This document shows, in pieces, positions 53,910-64,000 of a stretch of DNA of 64,000 nucleotides. Each line of letters begins with the position of its first letter. Position 1 is the first letter of the stretch. The stretch comes from Bugula neritina (Eukaryota; Animalia; Bryozoa). A program made the position numbers and the translations under genes. The stretch is from NCBI GenBank assembly GCA_964035545.1, contig OZ037768.1:1054001-1118000 (forward strand), written 5' to 3'. The notes below the pieces were generated by a model. It saw only the letters and a program-made list of their open reading frames with translations. It was not told the DNA's origin and ran no database searches.

Positions 53910-55637
53910 TGTAGCCTGTTATTTTTGAGATTAGTCAATTTTTATAGCGGCCTATGTGAATCCGAGGTAAAATATATTTTTTGTGTTATAGAACTGGGTG
54001 TTGAACCAACATCCGCTTTAAGAGTAACGAAACTTGCTGCGCAGTAAGCGCAGATTTGCTTCAAATAAGACCTGTTCCGTCAAATTCAATATAGTATTAT
54101 TATGAATATGGCATATCCATGGTATATGCCGTATGACAAAAGTTCTAAATTTTTAACTCGTGGTTGCTTCTAAGCAATTCTCATTTAGGTTTAAAAACAG
54201 CATCGCTATGAAGTGTAACCGGAGTCTTGTTATTACCTATTCACTATGACTATGAGTTATGATTATTGGCTATTCTAGTATTTACTTTTAGTATTTGACT
54301 AAAAGTAAAAGTAAATCTTGTATTTATAGTTACTGTTAGAGTTATAGCGTATCACTAAGGCCTAATGTTATAGTTATTCTCTAAGTGAAGGTTAAAGTTT
54401 ATGAGTTAATCACCATGACCTGGCATGACCATCATCATGATCATGTCTGAGTCTGATGGTATTCAACCTCATATTCATATTGTAATTGATAATCATTATG
54501 GACATTATCAATATCAAGGTCAGAGCTTCAAAAAATTTTAATATGAATATGGTTAAAGTTACGTTTTACTTATTCGACGTGGTAATGCTAGTAGTAGTAC
54601 TAGTAGTAATACGATTCGTATTACTATTAGTAGTAGTATTATACTATTACTACTATAGTTCATACTGCATAGTGAATGTGATATTCATACTCATAGTCAT
54701 AGAGTCAGAGTGATAATGCTAGTACTTATATTAATAGTAATACTGTAATAGCAGCTAGTAATAGCAATACTAATAATAATAATAGTTATTACTCTTAGTC
54801 TTACAGTTGCTAATACAGTGATGCTAATGATCATACTTACAGTTACAATCAAACTGGTAGTAATACTAATAATATCAAGAATGATCCAGTATAATACTAA
54901 TAGTAATAGTAATACTTATTTTTAATTAGTTTATACTCTATTTATTATTTTGCATTTTTGATTTATCATTTTAAGAACTCTTCCCAGTCCTGAATCAGCT
55001 TGTGCTGCTCTGTGAGAATATAAAAGTGCAAAAGTACAAGCCTAAGGAGTGAGAAACTATGAACAATATCAATATGAACATAGTAATACTAATTGTATTA
55101 GTATTAAATTTATTTTTAAATTTTAGGGGATTATCATAATGATATTCATCATCAGTATTACTATTATTTATAACAGAAATGCACCAATGCTTGTAGCAAA
55201 TATGTATATTATTTGTTCATAAGTTTGCAACATTCTTACATTTTCTTCAACTCACATTGATTAGTAGAACTCTTAATAGGGTTTATTATAATTGACCCTC
55301 TGTGTACTTTCATTGCTTCAATATGTAAAAAGAATTATATGAATTTATTTAAGTGATAATCAAGGAGTGTGAGTGACTTATACTATTAATTGGCATTCAT
55401 TTCAAAGTAAATGGTATCAGTCAGTTTTGTTGAAATCGGTTCCATGAAGTAACATTGATTTGTATATCTATTTGCAAATTATGCATTTCATTTATTTTAT
55501 GAATAGCTATCTTTTAACTTTAAGAGATACACCATGTTGACACTTGACACAGATATAAAATTTTCAGGATGGAATATTATTGTTGAGTGAATATGCAAAT
55601 ATGGTCATATTTGTATTGTGATGTTTTAGTTAGTTTG

Positions 55638-58600
55638 ATGGAGTCACCCAGAACTGTTTGGGTGACTCACCCATCATTTCAAAATCTCAACGAAAACGAT
55701 GAAGTTCAAGTCTCCAACTACTTCCAGTCAGTTCGGAGTAGCGGAGGTGGATCCATAGAAAGCGTACAGCGAGTGATGAGTCATGACAATCAGCAGACAT
55801 CAGCTCTTCTCTTCGAGTTCTCAGATGCTGCTAGTGAGTTTGAATTTATCATCTAAGCATGGCACAACGTCACTAAACATCATATTAAAAGATTTGCCTA
55901 GCTTAAAGGCATGACCCAAATTTCTCTTATCTTATTCTTGCTTCTCCAGTTTGTTTACGGAATAATGATTTGTTTTGTTGTTTTTTATTTATGAAACCTC
56001 GTCAGCCATTTTATAGCATGTCTTCACGTGTGAAAACTGAATGGTTTCTTTCACTGTTTGGGTAACTAGTATCAGTTTAAAGTATATATAACTAATTACT
56101 TTTAGAATATCACAAAAATATAAATAACATGAGATGCAGCTTGTTAGTAACTGTTAGTAGCTGTTTAACTTGTATTGTTCCTCTTCATGGTATTCTGATA
56201 TCAACTTTATCTGTACCTTTGCTGTAATATGTTCACTTGTTTTACACATTCCACCTACACACGTAATGTTTGGTAAACAATGTAGGTGCTGCTAGAGTGT
56301 GCTCCAGAAGTCACAGACTAGCAGACATCTTCTCTGTACCTGAAGACTATGCTCTACCAGAAAAGAGTTTGACAGTTACTATTCATGATCCAGACTTAGC
56401 TCTGCCTGCACCAGGTTAGTCTGTAAACACTGTGTTAATGTCCCTGACACCTGCTCAAGTTGAGTTTGATTAATATAGTCTAAGGTCCAAACTCCAAGTA
56501 CGTAATGAACCAGTCTGTGGCCTTGAGCTAAAGTTCAGAATAAAATATCTTTAGCTAGTCTCAGCTTACTATATCCTCGTGCAGTTCTCACAAATTCGGT
56601 CCATTTTACCTAATATAAGATATATTACCAAATATAAATCATGATACCAGTTTACCTGATTAGAATTTTTATTAAATCTCTAAAGTGTTTGTTATCTAAA
56701 ATTATTATTGTTGTCAAATAACACTTGATTTGATGGCAATCTATATAGTAACATTTAGTATGGCTTATAATATGTTATCACAAAATATATAGCCCCATTT
56801 CTTTCTTTCAACTCAGCATCAACTGGGGCAGATGACAGTGGCACCCAGAGCTGGGTTGTACTGGATGAGCTTGGAGACACACAGAATCAACATGCTGACA
56901 GTCCCGGGATTGCCATGCCAACTTACACCAGTATGATAAAGTCTGCAAGTGTGTGATTCTAGTAATCTATAACTACTACTAGCTAGCTACTAGAGACTAG
57001 TTACTAGCTACTAGTCATTAGTAACTAGTAGCTAGTGACTACTAGTCACTAGTAACTAGTAGCTAGTGACTACTAGCTACTAGCTAGCTACCTGTCACTA
57101 GTAGCTAACAACTACTAGTTACTAGTGACTAGCTACTAGTAACTAGTCACTAGTTAGATGCAGAAATTTTGTGGGATGAATGTCACTCAGGGAGAAACTC
57201 AACATTACTTCCTTCAAGAAATTTATAACTGAGACTAACCAAATGGTGTTCACTAGAATTGAATAGCGGGTTTTGGTTGACTGTTCTAGAGATCGAGGTG
57301 TACGAGTTCCCAGATGACTGCTACTCACATGAACTCATTTCCTACTTCGAAGGAGAGCCCTTTAAGGCCTACTGCCAGACCCCTGAGGATGACCTCAAGG
57401 ACGAGGACACTGGGAGTTTCATCATGGAGTTCAGTGAACCAGGTACTGGGAACTTCCAACTGTCTTAGTCATGTTTCTTCCCAGACAACTTGCTTCTGTA
57501 TTTTGATACAATTGAAGAGGCATAACTTGGCTGATAAATTAAAAGCTATCTGCCACTACTTCCACATAGCTTGTGTGGTAGCCATGAATGTAGCGCAATA
57601 AAGCCTTCATAGCTATATTCCTTTGAATTCTCATTATTGTTGTGCTGTTGCGCTATTAGGTAATTATATTGACAAGTAATATTTTTTCAACAGAACTTAA
57701 ATTGACAGAACTTTGAGTTTGACCTCTCACCAGATCTATTGACCTAAATACTACATTCCAACATGGAGTGTTACTGGTTGTAGAAATACAGAGAATTCTC
57801 GGTGTACCTAACCACTACCTAGATGAAGATGACACTGACACTATGATCAAAGTGAGGCTGCTCGCTGTTCCAGTAAAACAGGTTATGTTGAGCTTCTCTA
57901 AGGACGTCAGTTCTCGGCACATCAAAAAGTACATCCGAGATCTCAATTTGGAGAAGGTGCAACAAGTTCAGGGCAGTAAGAGAGACATCCTTGTTACGTT
58001 CAGCAATGCAGAAGGTAATCGAGGAGTTATTCTCCACCAAATTTCTTTTTCTAAACCTGATGAGTTGAGTTATTAACTGTTTTTATTAGTAAATGCAGGC
58101 AATACTCTGTTAGAATTTATCATATACTAGATATATTGATAACTCACTACTCTATACTCAAAGTTCCCTCTTAACTCACTACTCTATACTCACAGTTCCC
58201 TCCTAACTCACTACTCTATACTCACAGGTCTCTCTTAACTCACTACTCTATACTCACAGTTCCCTCTTAACTCACTACTCTATACTCACAGTTCCCTCTT
58301 AACTCACTACTCTATACTCACAGTTCTCTCTTAACTCACTACTCTATACTCACAGTTCCCTATTAACTCACTACTCTATACTCACAGTTCCCTCTTAACT
58401 CACTACTCTATACTCACAGTTCCCTCTTAACTCACTACTCTATACTCACAGTTCCCTCTCAACTCACTACTCTATACTGACAGTTCTCTCTTAACTCACT
58501 ACTCTATACTCACAGTTCTCTCTTAACTCACTACTCTATACTCACAGTTCCCTCTCAACTCACTACTCTATACTGACAGTTCTCTCTTAACTCACTACTC

Positions 58601-61600
58601 TATACTCACAGTTCCCTCTTAACTCACTACTCTATACTCACAGTTCCCTCTTAACTCACTACTCTATACTCACAGTTCCTTCTTAACTCACTACTCTATA
58701 CTCACAGTTCCCTCTTAACTCACTACTCTATTTTATATTCACAGATGCTGAGAGATATGCCAGTCAAGGAACTGTCACCTTCCAGCCTGGGCTCTCAGCT
58801 ACAGTGAAACTGTGTGAAGACTCTACACACCTTGACCTCATGAGTGCATCCTCAATCATGCCTTCCAGTTCTTGGACCACAGGCTCTGAATATTCTGGTA
58901 TTCTACAGTTTCTTTGACCTTGTGAAAATTAATCAGATTTTTTGTTTTTCCTCCTTATACCAGCAGTTTGTGTGCTTTTCTGTGTTTTCTAGCCAAAACG
59001 CTTCTTGTCCTGTGTAATTACTTACTACTGGACATATTTTGTAGCCACAGTAGTACCAGCATTAGTACTAGTAGTAGTAGTAGCGGTAGTGGTAGCAGCA
59101 TTAGTACTAGTAGTAGTAGCAGTAGCAGTACTAGTGGTGGTGGTAGTAGTAGTACTAGTGGTGGTGGTAGTAGTACTAGTGGTATTAGTAGTACTAGTGG
59201 TATTAGTAGTAGTAGTGGTAGTAGTAGTAGTAGAAGTGGTAACAGTACTGGTGGATATTTGAAGGTAAAACTATTATCTACTGCATGTCAAGATATCAAA
59301 TACATCAAGTATTTTGTTATCAGTGAATATCTCTTGTATATCTGCCGGCCCTCTGTAGTATAAAGTACAATATATGCGCACAGCTCACCACACTGTTCAC
59401 CACACAGTTCACCACACTGTTCACCACACTGTTCACCACACTGTTCACCACACAGTTCACCACACACCTGGAACCACACATCAAAGGGTTTTTCTCACCC
59501 AACACTTTAATATATCATTTGAGTTTTCTTGAATTTGCCTGGCAGTAAAATGTGTGCAGATGAAAATAAACTCAGTAGAATAGAGGAGAAAATAACGTTA
59601 TGAGAGCCTCATGTAAGGGTACATATGTTTTCATAGTGTAAGACACCTTCCACCAGCTAGTGTCAATCTACTTCTAGTGTTTTAGGGTTAACAAGAAACA
59701 GCTGGAATGTCGGCAGTCTCCTACTTCCTGTTGATATAAGGTCATAATTTATTCGAATTTAGATTTCGCGAATAACCGAATAACTAAAATTATTCATTAC
59801 TCATTACCCACTATGTTTTATAGTGTGAAAAAGGTTTTGTAAGCAGCTAGCATAATGTCTGAAAATGTGTTGTTCTTCAAAGCAAATATTCATATACATT
59901 TGAGTGGCGCAGGAATGGCGTGGGGCTAGTGTCTTGTACACTCTCAGCTTAGTGCTCAGTGCTGGGCCCCACACAGGGCCAGGCCTTATAATATATTATA
60001 ACTTACATACCAGTGAGATATATTGTATATAATATATTATAACTTACATACCAGTGAGATATATTGTATATAATATATTATAACTTACATACCAGTGAGA
60101 TATATTGTATATAATATATTATAACTTACATACCAGTGAGATATATTGTATATAATATATTATAACTTGCATACCAGTGAGATATATTGTATATAATATA
60201 TTATAACTTACATACCAGTGAGATATATTGTATATAATATATTATGACTTACATACCAGTGAGATATATTGTATATAATATATTATAACTTACATACCAA
60301 TAAAGTTATGAAGACTCGTTTAGATTGCTTTCAACCCATACTCCCATCACTTTGTAAGGAAGTATTACCTATTATTCTGTTGTCAACAGATAGATGCGAT
60401 AGCCCGATTAGTATGCAAGGCATCTCCTTGACACCGGGAGACTTTTCTCTAACTCAATCTACCTATCAACAACGACAAAGAAGCAAGCCCCCTGCTGGCT
60501 ACACTCTTGCAGGCTCTCCCCGACAACACATCGGTCTTTCAGGTAGCGCTGCACAAACAGAAGCTGCCAGTCCGAGAACACAGTCTACAATCCTGCCAAA
60601 AGGTCAAGGACAGTCTCCAAACCTGCCGAAAGGTCAAGGACAGTCTCCAGACCTGCCAAAAGGTCAAGGACAGTCTCCAGACCTACCAAAAGGTCAAGGA
60701 CAGTCTCCAATCCTGCCAAAAGGTCAAGGACAGTCTCCAGACCTGCCAAAAGGTCAAGGACAGTCTCCAGACCTGCCAAAAGGTGGCACCAGTAAAAACT
60801 TATAGTTATTGTCGTAATTTTGTTATAAATTATTTTCTTTGAGCAATAATGCATTTGTGGTGTTACAAATAGCTATAATGTGAATATAGGTTTTAATTTT
60901 AGACTCTTGCATGGCTGATGGTAAATTTTATGTACTATGGTTGCTACAGATTCCACTTTAATAATAATACTGAGATTTGAAAGCAGGCTTATTATTGCAT
61001 TATTATTGCAATACAAAACTCCTACAACTTGATATAGTTACACTATATTACTAGTTACTAGTAGCTAGTTACTAGTTACTAGCAGCTAGTTGCTAGTAGT
61101 CAGTTACTAGAGGCTAGTTGCTAGTTATTAGTAGCTAGTTACTAGTTATTAGTAGCTAGTTACTAGAGGCTTTAGATATGGAAAAACTCATGATTTTCTG
61201 ACATCACCAACAGCCATACCAGGGTGTTGTTCTGCCAGCCAACATGATCTGTCTCTGTAACCAGTAGACAGCAGCTGCTTCCTGCAGCCATGTTTCATTA
61301 CACGCTGTTACTTTATTGTGACGGTTGCTCTCTTTTAGGTACCGCAAAACCCAAGCCCGCGTCCAGAGAGCCCCAGCGCCCTATTCAAGCCGTCCAGGAG
61401 GGAGGTGGTATGTCACTTTCTGTGTTCTAGCCGTTTTTACTCTCAGCTAAGCATTTAGAATAATCTAGATATATGTAAATATCGTCTGCTGCTATATATT
61501 CTAGGTCACAGCTATAGCGTCTGCTGCTATATATTCTAGGTCACAGTTATATCGTCTGCTGCTATATATTCTAGGTCACAGTTATATCGTCTGCCACTAT

Positions 61601-63844
61601 ATATTCTAGGTCACAGTTATATCGTCTGCTGCTATATATTCTAGGTCACAGTTATACCGTCTGCCACTATATATTCTAGGTCACAGTTATATCGTCTGCT
61701 GCTATATATTCTAGGTCATAGTTTTCAAATTAGTAATATTTTATATGATCAGAAATTTTGGGATCGCCATTTCTTGCCAATATATGATTATATTTGTGTT
61801 TTAATACTCTTAGAAAAGAATAAATGTCTGTATCAACAGTTTTAACCTCTTGTGACATGGAATTTATTGTAATATTGTGATGCAGTATATATTTTCGAAA
61901 TTAGTAGGTTTAAAACTTTCAAAGCTATCCAAAATATGTTAGCTGCTGAAATTCTGGTATCCATGTTTTCAACTCTTCGATCTTTATCTCAGAATTTTAG
62001 CAGTTGAGGTGAAAGGTTTCCCCCTCTGTCTACGTAAAGTTCTTGTGTTGTCTTTCATGGGAAGGGATAGACATGATTTCATCTGCTTCAGGGTCAACCC
62101 GGAGTATGGTGAGTGCCCGGGACTCGGCACTGGAGCCCTCCTACGACAGTCACAGTCAGCAACACTCGACAGCAGCTCTTGACCCAGTGGCCGTCCAATC
62201 AGGAGCTGTATACCAGACTGCCACTACCTCTGCTCAGCCATCTCCAATGGAGACAGGAGTTGTATACCAGACTACCACTACATCTGCTCAGCCATCTTCA
62301 ATGGCGACAGAAGTTGTATACCAGACTACCACTACGTCTGCTCAGCCATCTTCAATGGCGACAGAAGTTGTATACCAGACTGCCACTTTGTCTGCTCAGC
62401 CATCTCCAATGGAGACAGAAGGTAAACTAACCTACATTTCAGCTGCAGCAGTAAATGTTATCTACAGCAATAAGTATTTGCAGTAGTAGGCATTAGCTGC
62501 AACAGTAAGTGATAGCTAAAGCTTGCAATGTACGTGCAGGCATCTGCTTCTTTATTTTGTAGAAACAGGAACTAAAGTAAATAGCGGTTCTACTGTGGAC
62601 ACTGTGGTCTCAAGTAAATCTATGGAATACAGTAAGTGACTTTATTCTATAGACTATAGAGTACAGTAAGTGATTTTATTCTATAGACTATAGAGTACAG
62701 TAAGTGACTTTATTCTATATTCTATAGAGTACAGTAAGTGACTTTATTCTATATTCTATAGAGTTTTAAACCTACTAATTTCGAAAATATATACTGCATC
62801 ACAATATTACAATAAATTCCATGTCACAAGAGGTTAAAACTTTATTCTATATTCTATAGAGTACAGTAAGTGACTTTATTCTATAGACTATAGAGTACAG
62901 TAAGTGACTTTATTCTATATTCTATAGAGTACAGTAAGTGACTTTATTCTATATAGAGTACAGTAAGTGACTTTATTCTATAGACTATAGAGTACAGTAA
63001 GTGACTTTATTCTATATTCTATAGAGTACAGTAAGTGACTTTATTCTATAGACTATAGAGTACAGTAAGTGACTTTATTCTATAGACTATAGAGTACAGT
63101 AAGTGACTTTATTCTATATAGAGTACAGTAAGTGACTTTATTCTATAGACTATAGAGTACAGTAAGTGACTTTATTCTATATTCTATAGAGTACAGTAAG
63201 TGACTTTCTTCTATATAGAGTACAGTAAGTGACTTTATTCTATAGACTATAGAGTACAGTAAGTGACTTTATTCTATATTCTATAGAGTACAGTAAGTGA
63301 CTTTATTCTATAGACTATAGAGTACAGTAAGTGACTTTATTCTATAGACTATAGAGTACAGTAAGTGACTTTATTCTATATAGAGTACAGTAAGTGACTT
63401 TATTCTATAGACTATAGAGTACAGTAAGTGACTTTATTCTATATTCTATAGAGTACAGTAAGTGACTTTATTCTATATAGAGTACAGTAAGTGACTTTAT
63501 TCTATAGACTATAGAGTACAGTAAGTGACTTTATTCTATATTCTATAGAGTACAGTAAGTGACTTTATTCTATAGACTATAGAGTACAGTAAGTGACTTT
63601 ATTCTATAGACTATAGAGTACAGTAAGTGACTTTATTTTATGGAGTATATTTTGTGAATTTTTATGCTGTGTAATGTAGGTCACGTGGAGATAAAGAGGC
63701 TGTTCACTGAGCAGCCTTTAGACATGCACAACATGTTAGAGATCCATATTGAAGAATTTGCCGGTCCTGACTGGCACACAACTAAGTACCAACATTCCTA
63801 CGACAGCAAGTCAGAAGTGCTGAGATTTGACATGTGTCATCAAG
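55638..63844 (+). CDS. PARP14-like paralogue, N-terminal RRM-like array and low-complexity linker (3'-partial, continues beyond the window)
   Basis: Phase-1 exon chain 55638-55833, 56286-56414, 56817-56930, 57290-57442, 57784-58014, 58745-58897, 60390-~60782, 61339-61407, 62092-62421, 62563-62631, 63680-63844. The first exon has the PARP14/PARP10-type RRM motif NYFQSVRSSGGG. Exons EIEVYEFP... and GHVEIK...LEIHIE...YDSK...RFDM match minus-strand exons DVEVYEFP... and GHIEVK...LEIHLE...YDTK...RYDM. No catalytic domain is visible in this window. Confidence 0.8.
56970..57155. repeat. ACTAG/GCTAG-rich degenerate repeat
   Basis: Visible. Similar tracts occur at 8617-8670 and 61045-61168. Confidence 0.8.
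58139..58744 (+). repeat. 32-bp minisatellite, about 19 units, each with TAAC...CACAG; the last modified unit supplies the real acceptor
   Basis: Unit TTAACTCACTACTCTATACTCACAGTTCCCTC. Final unit TTAACTCACTACTCTATTTTATATTCACAG|ATGCTG. Confidence 0.92.
59049..59465. repeat. (AGT/GGT)n microsatellite (59049-59250) and 12-bp TCACCACACTGT repeat (59385-59465)
   Basis: Visible. Confidence 0.85.
59988..60298. repeat. 41-bp minisatellite, about 7.5 copies
   Basis: Unit ATAATATATTATAACTTACATACCAGTGAGATATATTGTAT. Confidence 0.93.
60581..60784 (+). repeat. 30-bp in-frame repeat (LPKGQGQSPD), about 7 copies, at an exon 3' end
   Basis: Unit CCTGCCAAAAG|GTCAAGGACAGTCTCCAGA. Confidence 0.9.
61479..61720 (+). 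repeat. 35-bp minisatellite x7, each unit containing TTCTAGGTCA
   Basis: CTAGGTCA at 61501, 61536, 61571, 61606, 61641, 61676 and 61711. Confidence 0.93.
61838..61917 (+). mobile_element. 80-bp MITE-like element, copy 1
   Basis: Self-inverted ends AGTTTTAACCT...AGGTTTAAAACT. Reverse complement of 62762-62841. Confidence 0.6.
62195..62420 (+). repeat. 60-bp coding repeat (VYQTTTTSAQPSSMATEV-type), about 4 copies
   Basis: 20-aa periodicity in ORF 62043..62486. Confidence 0.9.
62620..63640 (+). repeat. 34/29-bp minisatellite containing the exon end and donor (TACA|GTAAGTGAC), 28 donor copies
   Basis: Fills nearly the whole intron 62632-63679. Confidence 0.95.
62762..62841 (-). mobile_element. 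80-bp MITE-like element, copy 2, inserted in the donor array
   Basis: Reverse complement of 61838-61917. Confidence 0.6.
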
Positions 63845-64000
63845 GTATATGTAGCGTATATACTGTATGAGTTATCAAGGTATCTGTAGTGTATATACTG
63901 TATGAGTTATCAAGGTATATGTAGTGTATATACTGTATGAGTCATCAAGGTATATGTAGTGTATACTGTATGAGTCATCAAGGTATATGTAGTGTATATA
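63836..64000 (+). repeat. 35-bp minisatellite containing the exon end and donor (TCATCAAG|GTATATG), truncated by the window end
   Basis: CAAG|GTAT at 63845, 63880, 63915, 63950 and 63983. Confidence 0.9.

Overview
AT-rich eukaryotic genomic DNA with spliceosomal introns, probably from a lophotrochozoan invertebrate (inferred from the nuclear receptor type). Reading GT-AG exon chains by hand gives five genes. (1) The 3' end of DNAAF4/DYX1C1 (+, to 572). (2) A complete 7-exon NR1-type orphan nuclear receptor (+, 4866-17777, 409 aa) with a CEACKG P-box and no canonical coactivator charge clamp. (3) A convergent 7-exon 15-hydroxyprostaglandin-dehydrogenase-like SDR ending in -SKL (-, 19151-22021). 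(4) A giant PARP14-like mono-ADP-ribosyltransferase of about 39 exons and 2,670 aa (-, 26029-53034), with an RRM-like array, KH-like region, four macrodomains, WWE and an H-Y-I ART domain. (5) A head-to-head paralogue (+, from 55638, running off the window), with kB-like sites between the pair. Mobile DNA includes a 5'-truncated LINE, a hAT deletion derivative, a TA-flanked TIR element carrying a solo LTR, a tRNA-derived SINE and an 80-bp inverted MITE-like pair. The most striking unexplained pattern is that many introns are filled by gene-specific minisatellites whose unit contains that intron's own splice site, often with the last bases of the exon. In the extreme case, the 526-nt intron at 29341-29866 is exactly 24 tandem GT...AG units of 21-22 nt. 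All gene models are manual and lack transcript support.
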